Shown: positions 45,767 to 56,551, counted from the first letter of the stretch. The stretch: DNA of 64,000 nucleotides from Candidatus Latescibacterota bacterium (GCA_965215195.1 CBDCDC010000002.1:2080001-2144000); one strand, 5' to 3'. Notes: a model not told the origin generated them from the letters alone. A program made the numbers and translations.

Positions 45767-47686
45767 ATGTCTAAATCGCCTTTCAGCATCAAGGGACTGC
45801 TAACCGGCATAGCCCTCGCCCTAGCAGTGGGCCTGCTCGCCCCGTATGGGGTCGTGTTCAATTACTACTGGGTCGGCTTCAATCCCTCTTCGCCGGGGGC
45901 CCTCTTTTTCTTTTTTGTCCTGACCTTTGCCGTCAATGGGTTCGTGGCCCTGATTGGCCGCCATTTTGCCCTGTCTAAAGCCGATCTCGTCCTGATCTAC
46001 TGCATGTTGCTGATGGCGGTCACCGTGCCGACTTGGGGCCTGATGTTCTTCCTCATTGGCACCATCGTCTATCCCTTTTACTACGCCACTCCCGAAAACA
46101 ACTACGCCGAGCTGTTCTACGACTTTATCCCCGCGTGGATCGCGCCGCAGGACTTTGAGGCCATCAAGAATTACTACGAGGGCCTGCCGCAGGGTGAGGC
46201 CGTCCCGTGGGGCGTCTGGGCGGAGCCGATGGCCTATTGGCTGGCCTTGATCGCGGCCATGAGCTTCATGCTGATCTGCCTGAGCACCCTCCTCCACCGC
46301 CAGTGGTCGGTACACGAGCGGCTGACCTATCCCATGGTTCAGCTACCGCAGAACATGATTGAGAAGGACGCCAACGCCTGCGTGGCTTCTTTTTTCAAGG
46401 ATCAGCGGATGTGGCTGGGGTTTGCCGTGCCCTTCCTCCTGCTCAGTCTCAACGCCCTCAATCACTACTTTCCACTCGTCCCCGAATACAACCCTCGCGG
46501 CCGTTTTTCCTTTTTTAACCATACCTTGCACCTGCCGATTGCGCTCAACTTGGCTTGGGTCGGCTTCTTCTACTTGGTCAATCTCGAGATCACGTTCAGC
46601 ATCTGGTTCTTCTACGTGTTCTCCAAGGTGGAGGAAGGGGTCTTCAAAACCCTCGGCATCGCCAGCACCGAGCGTCTGAGCGCGTATGAGTACTCCCAAC
46701 CGGCCGACTTGACCCATCAAGCCACCGGCGCAGTCATTGTCCTAGTGCTATTTGGACTGTGGACCGCCCGGCCCCACCTCAAAGAGGTCGGGCGCAAACT
46801 CTGGAACCCGCACGGCGGCGTTGATGACAGCGAGGAGTTGCTCAGCTATCGCACGGCAGTCTGCGGCTTTTTGGGCAGCCTGCTCTTTGTCGCCGTTTGG
46901 CTCTGGCGCTCGGGGGTGCCCATTGCGGTGCTCCCGATCTTGCTCGTCGTCAGCCTGCTCTTCTTCATCTTGGTCGCGCGCGTAGTAGCCACCGGCGGCG
47001 TGGCCACCGCCCGCAGCCCCATTGTCCCGGCCTACTTCATCATTTCGGGCTTGGGCACCTCGGTCCTCGGGGCCAAGGGCTTGGTCGCTCTCAACTTCAC
47101 CTTTATTTGGCAAGGCGAATCGCGCACCTCGCCCATGGTCGCCTGCGCCAACGGCCTCAAGCTCGCCGAGCTGATTCCCGGCCCCAAGACGCGGCTGTTT
47201 TGGGGCCTGATGCTGGCACTGGTGTGCAGCCTCTTGGGCGCGGCCTACATGACCTTGAACTTGGCCTACACCTATGGAGCGATTAATCTGTCGCTGATCA
47301 ATTGGGCTGGTGCCCACGGCTGGCCCTACATCGGCCCGACCATCCTCAACATGCCCGAGGCCAACATGCGCGGCTGGCTTTTCAAGGGAATCGGCGCGGC
47401 CGTGGAGGGCTTTTTGATGTGGGCGCAACACCGGTGGTTTTGGTGGCCCTTCCACCCGGTCGGCTTTGCCATTGCCGTGGGCTGGCTGACGAGTCAGATC
47501 TGGTTCTCGGCGCTGATCGCTTGGCTCTTGAAGCTGGTCATCGTCCGCTTTGGCGGTGTGCGCCTGTTCCAGAACGCCAAGCCGTTCTTTTTGGGGCTGA
47601 TTTTGGGCGAGGTTTTTGTCTCGGGGGTATGGGGCGCGATCTATGCGCTGACCGCGGAAAAAGGACGCTTGCTAACGAATATGTAA
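45767..47686 (+). CDS. Multi-pass membrane protein, DUF6785/DUF6784-like putative transporter
   Basis: Many TM helices; RQW...ERL.YP..QLP, WWPFHPVGF, PFFLGLILGE. Confidence 0.7.
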   Translation: MSKSPFSIKGLLTGIALALAVGLLAPYGVVFNYYWVGFNPSSPGALFFFFVLTFAVNGFVALIGRHFALSKADLVLIYCMLLMAVTVPTWGLMFFLIGTIVYPFYYATPENNYAELFYDFIPAWIAPQDFEAIKNYYEGLPQGEAVPWGVWAEPMAYWLALIAAMSFMLICLSTLLHRQWSVHERLTYPMVQLPQNMIEKDANACVASFFKDQRMWLGFAVPFLLLSLNALNHYFPLVPEYNPRGRFSFFNHTLHLPIALNLAWVGFFYLVNLEITFSIWFFYVFSKVEEGVFKTLGIASTERLSAYEYSQPADLTHQATGAVIVLVLFGLWTARPHLKEVGRKLWNPHGGVDDSEELLSYRTAVCGFLGSLLFVAVWLWRSGVPIAVLPILLVVSLLFFILVARVVATGGVATARSPIVPAYFIISGLGTSVLGAKGLVALNFTFIWQGESRTSPMVACANGLKLAELIPGPKTRLFWGLMLALVCSLLGAAYMTLNLAYTYGAINLSLINWAGAHGWPYIGPTILNMPEANMRGWLFKGIGAAVEGFLMWAQHRWFWWPFHPVGFAIAVGWLTSQIWFSALIAWLLKLVIVRFGGVRLFQNAKPFFLGLILGEVFVSGVWGAIYALTAEKGRLLTNM

Positions 47687-47743
47687 CACGGCCGCACCCA
47701 ATGGCGCAGTAGCGGCTTCACCTCTTCGGGCGATAGTAGGGGG

Positions 47744-47895
47744 CTTACTACACGACACCAGCCCTCAGCCTGCCAAGGATCGCGGGCATCTTGCCCTCGT
47801 CAAGGGCGGGACGCCCGCGATCCCGGACCCAGCGGAAACCGCAGAAAAGGCGTACTCAAAGTAAGGGTCGCCTACTTTAGGGGTCGTGTACTAAG
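47744..47895. mobile_element. MITE-like element carrying a REP doublet
   Basis: TIRs CTTACTACACGACACC / GGGGTCGTGTACTAAG (2 mismatches); internal GGATCGCGGGCATCTTGCCC...GGGCGGGACGCCCGCGATCC. Confidence 0.6.
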
Positions 47896-48101
47896 GTAGG
47901 GGGGTACGAAATGAGGCCGGGAGACTATGGGGCACCATCGCGCTCTGCCGTTGGTGCATGAGCCGCTGCGGGGGGTTTACTTTAGGTGGCGTGTACTAAG
48001 GTAGGGGGGTACGAAATGAGGCCGGGAGACTGCCTCGCCACGGGCATGGGGCACCATCGCGATCTGCCGTTGGTGCATGAGCCGCTGCGGGGGTTTACTT
48101 T
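47873..48101. repeat. Tandem direct duplication (105-bp and 118-bp units)
   Basis: TACTTTAGG...CGTGTACTAAGGTAGGGGGGTACGAAATGAGGCCGGGAGACT...GCCGCTGCGGGGG occurs twice. Confidence 0.85.
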
Positions 48102-48642
48102 GAAACGACCCTAGAAGGCCAGAAGCGGCCGGGACATTTGTGGAACCATACCCACGGCCAAGCCCAACCCAAGCCGAACGTTAGCTGCTGATTTTGATAA
48201 TTTTCGGCAAAGTCGATGAACAAAAACTGATTCAGTTTATTCAACGAATAAAGAATCGTTTAACACAAACAAAGTGTTGTTCAAATGATGAGCAACAAGG
48301 GCTGAGCGGCGAAGCGTAGAAAACCTCCTCCTACAATTTTAAGTCTCATGTTTTTCAATCCTTTAGGGCATTCCTGAAGGATTTTTTTGTGCGTGGTCGG
48401 ATCGTTGGCACGAAATGTGCATATAGCTACTTGACGTTGGAGCCGATGCGGACAAGGAGGCCGCACTCAATGGCGGCGTTCGTTGCTCCAAACCTTCGCG
48501 TCTTACACTGGATGTTAGGCAGGGCACCAAGTCTGTGTGTCAAGGAGACCTTGATTCGATGAAGAAAATCGGAGATTATAGAAAGCCACGGGACCGCGTC
48601 GTCCCGATCTATCACGCTATGCTACCTGAAGGAGGTAGAGCT

Positions 48643-49248
48643 ATGCACAGCATCTTAGGCTTTCTTGGTATGATGATTTTGCTTCTCGCAACAGAGATGC
48701 TGACTGCTCTGTGGCAGTCTGCGTCGGCGGAGACGATCACGGTAGCGCAAACGGGAACCGCCGATACTCAGTCCATAGATGAGGCCACCCTCATAGCGAG
48801 TGCCGGCGATACGATCCATGTTTCTGCTGGAACCTATTATGGGATTGGTCTCCTTATCGACAAGGGTCTTACCTTAATCGGTGCTGGCCCAGACAGTACG
48901 ATCTTTGTCTATGGATGGGAAACCAGTATAGGCATTGCAGCAGATGTGACCATGTGACCATTGAAGGATTTATTCGAGGTTCGATTTACCGGTGCTTTTG
49001 CTGCACTCGAGCTTGTAGGGAATGCCCAGCCGACCGTTCAGTATAATGAGTTCCTGACCCCAGTGGGCATTCGCTTGCGAGATAATCCCAATGCCATCGA
49101 CGCCCGCTTCAATGCTTGGGGCAGCGAAATACGATCCGAAATAGAGGATAAGATCGTGAGAGAAAACAGCAACGGGACCATTCGTTTAGACGGTTGGTTA
49201 AGACGAGACAATGCATACCAACGATTCCAGGCTGAGAAAGGAGAATAA
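48643..49248 (+). pseudogene. Right-handed beta-helix (NosD/pectin lyase-like) secreted protein, frameshifted
   Basis: GDTIHVSAGTY...LTLIGAG; 8-bp duplication ATGTGACC at 48944-48959 breaks DVTIEGF; downstream frame has IDARFNAWG...GWL. Confidence 0.7.
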
Positions 49249-49413
49249 ATATGAAATTTCTATCTACATTGATCGCTTTAGGTGCTCTGCTGACAACAAA
49301 CACGACTTCTGTTCAGGCGACGAAATTTTCCACAGAATGTTAGACGAGAATATGATATTACAGGCAGGTGTAAAAGTGGAACTGATGTCATCAATACCAC
49401 GATGCGCGAAACC

Positions 49414-49710
49414 ATGGTTGATAACCTGACGAGAACGGACAGATGGGCCGCTTCGGGCAAAGATCATGACAACTTTCTCGGATGGTGTGCTCTGGACGAG
49501 CCTCTGTGGCAATGGCAACCAAATGCTACCTACGCGTACAGTACGGGTGATATCGAAAATAGATATAACAATATCATTGATCCGATTTACAAAAAAATAA
49601 AAAGACAAGATCCAGATCATCTTGTCTTTATGAATTTTGCCTTCGCCCACGCAACGGCTTTCGGCAATAATGGCATGCTGTATTCCAGTCCGTCCGTCCG
49701 CTATGTATGA
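49414..49710 (+). pseudogene. Fragment of a TIM-barrel glycoside hydrolase-like protein
   Basis: GWCALDEP...IKRQDPDHLV clan-A-like pattern; AT-rich; no intact gene. Confidence 0.4.
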
Positions 49711-49719
49711 TGCCATCTC

Positions 49720-50050
49720 GCCTTTGACGCCGGGTAGCATCGACTTAGACTGGGACGCCCCGGACAGGGGCGATACGCCCACCGGCTACCGCGTTGAGTA
49801 CCGCTTCGCAAGCGGTAGCTGGCTGTTGGGGGCGACGCCGGCCCTGACGAATGCGTCTCTTGTACTTGATCGTGCCGACGCCCTCTACCAGTTCCGTGTG
49901 TGCGCCGAAAACAGCGCCGGAACCAGCGGCTGGGTTGAGGCGACCGGCACGACCAGCGAGCCGATCCCCGAGACGCAGTCGGCGTATCGGCTGCACACGT
50001 CGGGCACGACCACTCCGACGTTCACCGCCACCGCGAGTGGGGTCCCCACC
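49720..50050 (+). pseudogene. Fibronectin type III domain fragment
   Basis: SIDLDWDAP...TGYRVEYR...YQFRVCAENSAGTSGW. Confidence 0.65.
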
Positions 50051-50684
50051 GGGTGCCGTCGGCCGCCCCAGCTCCTCATGTTCACGGCCTGCTGGAGCGA
50101 CAGGATGCCTCCACTCCTTCAGTTGGAGGCTCCCGACCGAGGGGTTTCACCATACTTTGAGACCGCTAGCGGTATCGCGACAGCTTCCAACGGCTCGGCC
50201 CCCTTTGCGCTGCGTATGTTCGTCAATGAGCCTTAGTACCGCTCTGCGCGCCCGGTCTCTCGACGAACCGACTCGAAATACGGCTTGATGAATCGCAGAA
50301 CCGGCGGCACGGAGGTCTCAGAAACCTTCGTGCCGTCGATATAAAACACAAGCACACAGCAGGCTCGGTTTCGGCCTAACCGAAACGAATACGCTACGCG
50401 GGCTTGCCTCCCGTGTCGATTCGATAGCTCATCATCCGAGATCCCCACCACCCCTTTGCTCCCCAAGCGTTGCTGTTGACCCATACGTAAATGGATAAAG
50501 TCGAGCTTCGTTGGTTGACCCTCCCAACGCGCATTGATACGTTTTGGCGGCCCCCGCAAACCGACTTTCCGCGGCTGAGGCGTTACACCGCCCAAGTCGA
50601 GGACTTTGCAACCAACGCGAGGCTAAATGAGACGGTTTGATCGCGCTCAATCGCCTCTCACTCGAAATCAATGCGAGGTCTAAT

Positions 50685-51255
50685 ATGAAACGCAGCATTT
50701 GCACCTTGCTCAGCGCGTGGCTGCTCAGCGGCTGCGGCGATAGCCCTTCCGACCAAGCAACCAGCCAGCGCACGGACGCCGCGGAATCGGCGCTTATACA
50801 GGTCCCGCGAAACCGCACTCTAATCATGGATTGCGCCGAAAGCGGCACCTGCGCCGGGCAGATCCAAGACTACAATTCGTTCAACCCCTATCTGCCGGAA
50901 ACCACCTCGCGCACCGGATACAATTTCGCTTTTGAGCCCCTGTACTTTTACAATGCCTTCGAGGGCAAGCTGATTCCCTGGATCGCCACCGATCACCGCT
51001 TCAACGACGCCTATACCCAAGTGGAAATCACCCTTCGGACGGGCAGCCGTGGACAGCGCACGACGTGGTCTTTACGATCAATATGCTCAAGGACAACGCG
51101 CCTTTGTTGTCCTATTCAACCGACATGAAAAACTGGGTCCGAGAGGCCGTGGCGGTCGATAGCCTGACGGCGCGCATCGCCCTGACGGCCCCCAATCCGC
51201 GCTTTGTCTTTTCGTATTTCACCCACAACTTCGGCAATGGGGTGCCGATTGTGCC
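50685..51255 (+). pseudogene. Family 5 ABC transporter solute-binding lipoprotein, frameshifted and truncated
   Basis: Lipobox LSGC, FEPLYFYN, IPWIAT; small deletion near 51035 shifts to SDGQPWTAHDVVFT; homology ends at ~IVP. Confidence 0.75.
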
Positions 51256-51326
51256 CGGCCAAAGCGCATTGCCTGCGCTGCCAACTGCCACACCCATTTG
51301 CCCAGAGCAAGCCCTGAACATAAGCA

Positions 51327-52698
51327 TCAGACGATCTCCACTCCCCAGAAGCCCAACATCGGCAAAAAGCGTTCCATATCGGCCGGCACGGTCGCCGGAT
51401 CTTTGCCGTAGCCGCCGTGGACTCTAGCCGCCCCCTGCAAGGGCCGCTTCAAGACCAGCTCGACGCGATGGTCCTGAGGATAGCTCACCGCCGCGATTGG
51501 CACCCTCGCCGGCCGCATCCTCAACCCGGAAGCTGTTGGCCTCTGCGTCAATGCTGTCCATGCGGCTCTCGACAGCTACAAACTCCAGCTCGACGCGGTC
51601 TCCCCGCCGCCGAGCCGCCACCAAATCCGGTGCCTTCCAAGCCACCGTCTGGCCGTAGACCAACCCCAAAGCGGCCTGCGCCAACCGCTCGCCCAAGAGC
51701 ATATTGCCAGCGGGACTGGTGTGGATCAGATCCGAAAGCGGCAAGTCGAGCGCCGGTACCACGCCTACCCCCGGCGTTTGCCGCGCCACCTGCCGCTGCG
51801 CCTCGCGCACCTGACTCCAGCGGCGATCAACATCTGGGTCTGCGGGTTGGTACACGCGGTTTAGCTGCACGGTGAGCACCGGCAACTCCGCGTCTGCAAG
51901 GGCCGCCCGCCAAGCGGCGACCGCTCGCTGGAACCGCTCCGCATAACTGGTCGCGTCCGCGTCGGTTCCGGTATCGCTTTCCCCCTGATACCACACAATC
52001 CCCCGGACCTTTCCCCCTACCTTCTCCACGCACTGCACCATATTGTCAAACAAATCCGCCGCCCCAGTCCACCGCGTGAGCGGAGAGCCTCCCAACGACG
52101 TCTGCACCAAACCCACTGGGTGCGAGAGCGTCCTTTTAAGCGTGCGCCCAAATTGCAGATAGGGCGAGTGCCCTGGATTGGCGGCCTCTCGGTTCACTGT
52201 GTGTTGGGTATCCGTCGATTCGTTCAGCGGATGCGCCGCCAGCGCCCAGCGCTCGCTATTTCTAAACAGATGCACCCCCAGCTCCGCTGGATCCTCGTAC
52301 GGCCCGCGTCCGTATCCAGCCGAATTGCTCTGCCCGGCAATCACCCACAAATCGCCTACCCCCAAGAAGTGCCGCATGTCTCCCCGCGGCGACCACTCCC
52401 CGGCCGGATTCTCCGCCAGCCGCAACCGCGTCTCCAGCCGATAAAGCCCTCCCGCCGGTATGTGTTCCAAAGCACCCTTCCAAGTACCATCTTCTTCTGT
52501 CGGCACAGCCTGCCAGTCCAAACCGGCCGCAACAGCCACCCCCGTATCCTCCCACACCAAGCGCACCTCCACTTGTCCGGGAGTCTCGAATTTCCACTTC
52601 CCCTCCAGTTCAATCCGCCCCTTCCCGCGCTCGTCCTGCTGCGCGATCTGCCAATCCGCCGGCCCCTGCTCGATAATTACACCAATCTGCTCTTCCAT
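51327..52698 (-). CDS. Sialate O-acetylesterase (SASA/SGNH) family protein with a +1 frameshift near 51504
   Basis: VGDLWVIAGQSN, WYQGESD, DLIH; the C-terminus VPIAAVSYP...LPMLGFWGVEIV is in another frame. Confidence 0.75.
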
Positions 52699-53008
52699 TT
52701 TATTCCTCGTTTCGACGGGGAAGCGGATTGCAACTAAATCAAATCATCTACTGCGAGATTGAGCGTCGTCGCGATGCGCTTCATTGCTTTGATCGATCCG
52801 GATCGGACAAATAAGAGGCCGCGATGATGCTATGCAAGCGGCCCCTTGCACACAGTAGCGGCAAAGACTACAAATTATCGCACCAGCCAGCGCCGCCCGG
52901 CCACCACAAGCGGCTTGCCCACGGCTTGACTATTGGACAGATTTTAGCCGGTTATTTCGGTCTTCGGGATATTCGCACTGATCAACCACACCTTCCATCT
53001 TTCTTTCA

Positions 53009-54544
53009 TTGATCACTACAATCCAAATCGTCGCCAGCGCTGCGCTGGGGGCACTAATCGGTTTTGGCACCAATTGGCTGGCCATCAAGTCGCTGTTCCG
53101 TCCGCTGCGACCGCGCTGGTACAGCTTAGGCTGGCAAGGGGTTATTCCGCGCAATAAGGAGAAACTAGCCAACAATATCTCCAAGGTTGTAGGGACCGAT
53201 TTATTGGCCAGAGACTATTTGTTAGAGCAATTGCAGAACGCGACTTTGCAGAAGAGTTTGCATCGCTTTGTCGCCACTCAGATAGATCGGTTATTAAGTG
53301 CCAATCTGGCTGCTGCTTTCGCTCAATTGCCGCCGGACTGGCGCGAAGAGGGCTTGGACAAAACAACGCGACGGTTGCTCGAATGGATGGCCGACTGGAG
53401 CGAAAGCGAGTCGGGACTCAAGTTAAAGCGGTGGCTTTTGGATGCCCTAGAAGCACGTTTGGGTGCGCTGCAAGTCGGACAGGTGCTGTCGGCAAAGCAG
53501 CTCGACGAATTTATCGACATGGTCAGCGGCGTACTAGCCAAGCAGGAAACGCGAGAGCACTTGACGCGTATCCTACAGGAGCGATTGGAGGGCTACCTTG
53601 GATCGGATACGCCGCTGGAGAAAGTCGTCCCGGCGGAATTGCGCCATGCCTTGCACGACCGTTTGCAGCGCGAAATTCCGCAAATACTGCTGCGTATAGC
53701 CCGCTGGCTGAAGGATCCTGAAAATGTGGAGTCTCTAGTCGAGCGCATCTTGAAAGCGCTTGAAGCATACGCCGGACAAGCGAATTGGCTCAAGAGTCTG
53801 ATCGCCAGCTTGGGATTGCACTTTTTCCGGGCAGAGATCACCGAGGCATTGCGCCAGCGCATTCCCCAATTGGCCCGAGAGTTTTTGCATAGCGAGGAAG
53901 TGCGCGAGAAGTTCGCCAAACAGCTAATCGCTAGCGTCAACGACTTATTGCGCAAGCCAGTAGCAGAGGTGGTGGGAGATCATCGCCATGTTTTGGCCCA
54001 GCGCGTCGGTTCTATTGCCGCGACTTGGATTTCGAGCACAGAGGCGCAGGAGGCACTGGGGAGCTTTTTGCGCCACCAGTACCGCCAGCACCGCAAGCGT
54101 CAACTCAGCGAGGTCGTGCCAAAGAGGGTGCGGCACACCGTGCGCCAGCGCTTGTCGGAGGCGTTGCGCTTGCCCCGCGATAAAATTGAACCCTGGAGTA
54201 TACAGTTGAGTGCTTTCTTGCGGGAACACCTACAGCGCAGTCGCACGCCGTTGCGGGAGTGGACCGACCTGAAACGAGATGACGAGAAAGCACTAGTTCA
54301 GTGGGCGCAGGACAAAGCGACAAAAGCGCTGGAGACGCAAGTACCCGTACTGATTGCACAGTTCGATATCCAAAGCATGGTGTACGCCAAAATTATGAAG
54401 TTCGATCTGTTGCGGGTGGAGCGTCTGATCAAGGGTATCATCAGCGACCAATTGCGCTATATCAATTTGCTGGGGGCGGTACTAGGGGGATTGGTAGGTG
54501 TGCTCTTGCCGTTTCTCAATGCCTTTATCGCCAGCCTACATTGA
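53009..54544 (+). CDS. DUF445 family membrane-anchored protein
   Basis: GALIGFGTNWLAIKSLFRP...QGVIP; QLRYINLLGAVLGGLVG. Confidence 0.85.
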   Translation: MITTIQIVASAALGALIGFGTNWLAIKSLFRPLRPRWYSLGWQGVIPRNKEKLANNISKVVGTDLLARDYLLEQLQNATLQKSLHRFVATQIDRLLSANLAAAFAQLPPDWREEGLDKTTRRLLEWMADWSESESGLKLKRWLLDALEARLGALQVGQVLSAKQLDEFIDMVSGVLAKQETREHLTRILQERLEGYLGSDTPLEKVVPAELRHALHDRLQREIPQILLRIARWLKDPENVESLVERILKALEAYAGQANWLKSLIASLGLHFFRAEITEALRQRIPQLAREFLHSEEVREKFAKQLIASVNDLLRKPVAEVVGDHRHVLAQRVGSIAATWISSTEAQEALGSFLRHQYRQHRKRQLSEVVPKRVRHTVRQRLSEALRLPRDKIEPWSIQLSAFLREHLQRSRTPLREWTDLKRDDEKALVQWAQDKATKALETQVPVLIAQFDIQSMVYAKIMKFDLLRVERLIKGIISDQLRYINLLGAVLGGLVGVLLPFLNAFIASLH

Positions 54545-54619
54545 TGGGGCCGTTGCGCGAAGGGGCCTGCTCCGGCAATTCCCGTTTAGCCATACCGGCC
54601 ACCGATGCCGATTGATGCG

Positions 54620-54770
54620 GCCTAAAGTTCTGAAAATCCCTCGTGCGGTCCTCTGCGGCCCATCGATGGCTTGGGTGCGAGGGCAGCTTGCCCGCGCAGA
54701 GTGGAGGGCGAGACGCCCTCCGTCCTAGGACCCTAACAGCCATTTGCTTGGTTTCATGGAGCAGTCGCTG
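54620..54770. repeat. MITE/REP family copy
   Basis: CTGAAAATCCCTCG...TGCGGCCC...GCTTGGGTGCGAGGGCAGCTTGCCC and GAGGGCGAGACGCCCTC. Confidence 0.6.
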
Positions 54771-54781
54771 AAGCACCCCAT

Positions 54782-55675
54782 TCAACCCCACAGTGCCCTG
54801 AGCCGAGGCAGCAGGATGTCCGCGTCGCGGTCGGGGATGTGACCCTCCCAGACCCGGTTCGCCTCAGGCGTTGAGCGGTCGTAGGACTTTTGCAACAGAT
54901 CGGGCAAGCTGAGCGTGTGGAAGCGCGTCTTAAAAAAGCCATCGTCAGAGAGCACCACGCAGCGATACCCCAAGGGGAAGCCGATCAGACAAGCCGTATC
55001 AACGACTAGGTAGTCGCGCTGGGCGGTGATGCGGTTGATGTGGCGGTGGCCGGTGAAGGCCGCGACGATAGCAGGGCTTTCGTCGAGCGTTTTGACCAGC
55101 CGCGGTGCGCCTTCGACCACGCCGCGGTCCCAGTGGAAATCCGGCAGAATCCAAGTGTGGAGGACGAGCAGCAGGGCGCAGCCATCGGCTAGGGCTTGGG
55201 CCGCGGCAGCGCACAGGGCCTCGTCGAGCGCGTCGGTCCAGACGCCAGCCCCTTGCTCAAAGACATTGCAGTCGTGGAAGACGTTGGCCAGTGCCAAGCG
55301 CAGGCGCGGGGCGGCATTGACGACGGTTAGCGGGTCGGGATAGGGGAAGCGGGCGGCGAAGCCGGCGAAGGAACCGCTCTGGGCGTCGCAGTCGTGATTG
55401 CCGGGAATTGCGTAGAAAGGGGCTTCAATCCGTGCAAAGGCCGCAGCCGCCTCGTCAATTGAGCGCAAATAGGTCTCGGTGGGCAGGTCAAAGGACGATC
55501 CGCCGCAGAGGAAGTCGCCGCCGTGGACGACAAAATCGAAAGCCTGCGCGTTGAGGGCGGGGGGTATTGCGTCGAGCACCTCTTGGCTGCGGGTGAGCAT
55601 CTTGGGAGCGCCGTAGTCTTCGGGGGCGTCCGGGTAGTGGTGGGTGTCGGTGAGGAAGGCGAAGCGGACGGACAT
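54782..55675 (-). CDS. Calcineurin-like metallophosphoesterase
   Basis: DTH, GGD, PGNHD, GHRH motifs; ATG at 55675 after AGGAG. Confidence 0.85.
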   Translation of the reverse strand: MSVRFAFLTDTHHYPDAPEDYGAPKMLTRSQEVLDAIPPALNAQAFDFVVHGGDFLCGGSSFDLPTETYLRSIDEAAAAFARIEAPFYAIPGNHDCDAQSGSFAGFAARFPYPDPLTVVNAAPRLRLALANVFHDCNVFEQGAGVWTDALDEALCAAAAQALADGCALLLVLHTWILPDFHWDRGVVEGAPRLVKTLDESPAIVAAFTGHRHINRITAQRDYLVVDTACLIGFPLGYRCVVLSDDGFFKTRFHTLSLPDLLQKSYDRSTPEANRVWEGHIPDRDADILLPRLRALWG

Positions 55676-55822
55676 GGAAACGGCTCCTGTACGGGGGATA
55701 TTCATACGGCGCACTGTTGCGCTAGGTGGCGTTGCGCCCCTTTTTCGACGCGGTAGTAGAGCTAAAAACCCGCAACAATATCGCAAGTTTTGCCGTCGGC
55801 AGCCAGCAGAGGTAATTAGAAA

Positions 55823-56425
55823 ATGCCCTATATAGACATCGTGCCCCTAAAACGGGCCACTGGCCTGCTCAAAAAGCAATACGAAGCCGCCCTCGCTCGG
55901 GCCGGGCGCATTTGGGGCATTGTCTCCATTATGAGCCTCAACCCCCGGGCCATGAAGACCTCACTAAATTTTTACCAAGCCCTCATGTACGGCCCCTCGC
56001 CCCTGAGCCGGGGCCGCCGCGAAATGCTGGCCGTAGTCGTTTCGGCCGCGAATCACTGCGCGTACTGAATACGCGCCCACGCCCACGACCTCCGGGCCGA
56101 GGTCGCTCGCGATTTTGCCGTTGCAGAAGGAGCCCCGGCCGACCGGCTGGTGCATCAATTGTCCGCGAATTGGCGTCAAGCCGCTTTGCCCCCGGCCGAC
56201 CGTGCCCTATGCGCCTTTGCCGAAAAACTGACCCGGCGACCCCAAGACTCAACCGCTGAGGACATCAACCAATTGCGTCAGCACGGCTTTGACGAGCGCG
56301 GCATCCACGACGCCGTCCAAGTCATCGGCTATTTCAACTACATCAATCGCGTGGCAGAGGCCTTGGGCGTTGAGCCTGAATCCTTTATCCGGCCTTGGGA
56401 AAAATCCGCGGCCGCTCCCGACTAG
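55823..56425 (+). CDS. AhpD-like/carboxymuconolactone decarboxylase-family selenoprotein (CxxU)
   Basis: REMLAVVVSAANHCAY-TGA-IRAH; the frame continues into ALCAFAEKLT...FNYINRVAEALG; hairpin downstream of TGA. Confidence 0.85.
56086..56105 (+). promoter_or_regulatory. Candidate bacterial SECIS hairpin
   Basis: CGACCTC-CGGGCC-GAGGTCG; the G-containing loop starts 24 nt after the in-frame TGA (56066-56068). Confidence 0.65.
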
Positions 56426-56551
56426 TCCGCAAAAAATGGCTCCTGTTAAACTAGTATTCGTTATTAGTACCTGACGTTGCGCCCAGGTGCCTTGGATTCG
56501 ACCTGCCCAACCAAGACGCCCAGATACAGTTCGCTAAAAGAATCGCCATCC

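Noticed and set aside
47873-48101. CRISPR array
   Set aside because: Only two long units, no unique spacers, no cas genes.
48162-48520. Integron attC sites (GTTAGCT at 48180, GTTAGGC at 48514)
   Set aside because: R' cores are present, but I could not find correctly spaced complementary RYYYAAC/L boxes and there is no integrase; at best degenerate.
48955-48957. TGA as possible selenocysteine readthrough
   Set aside because: Created by an 8-bp tandem duplication; no Cys-motif context.
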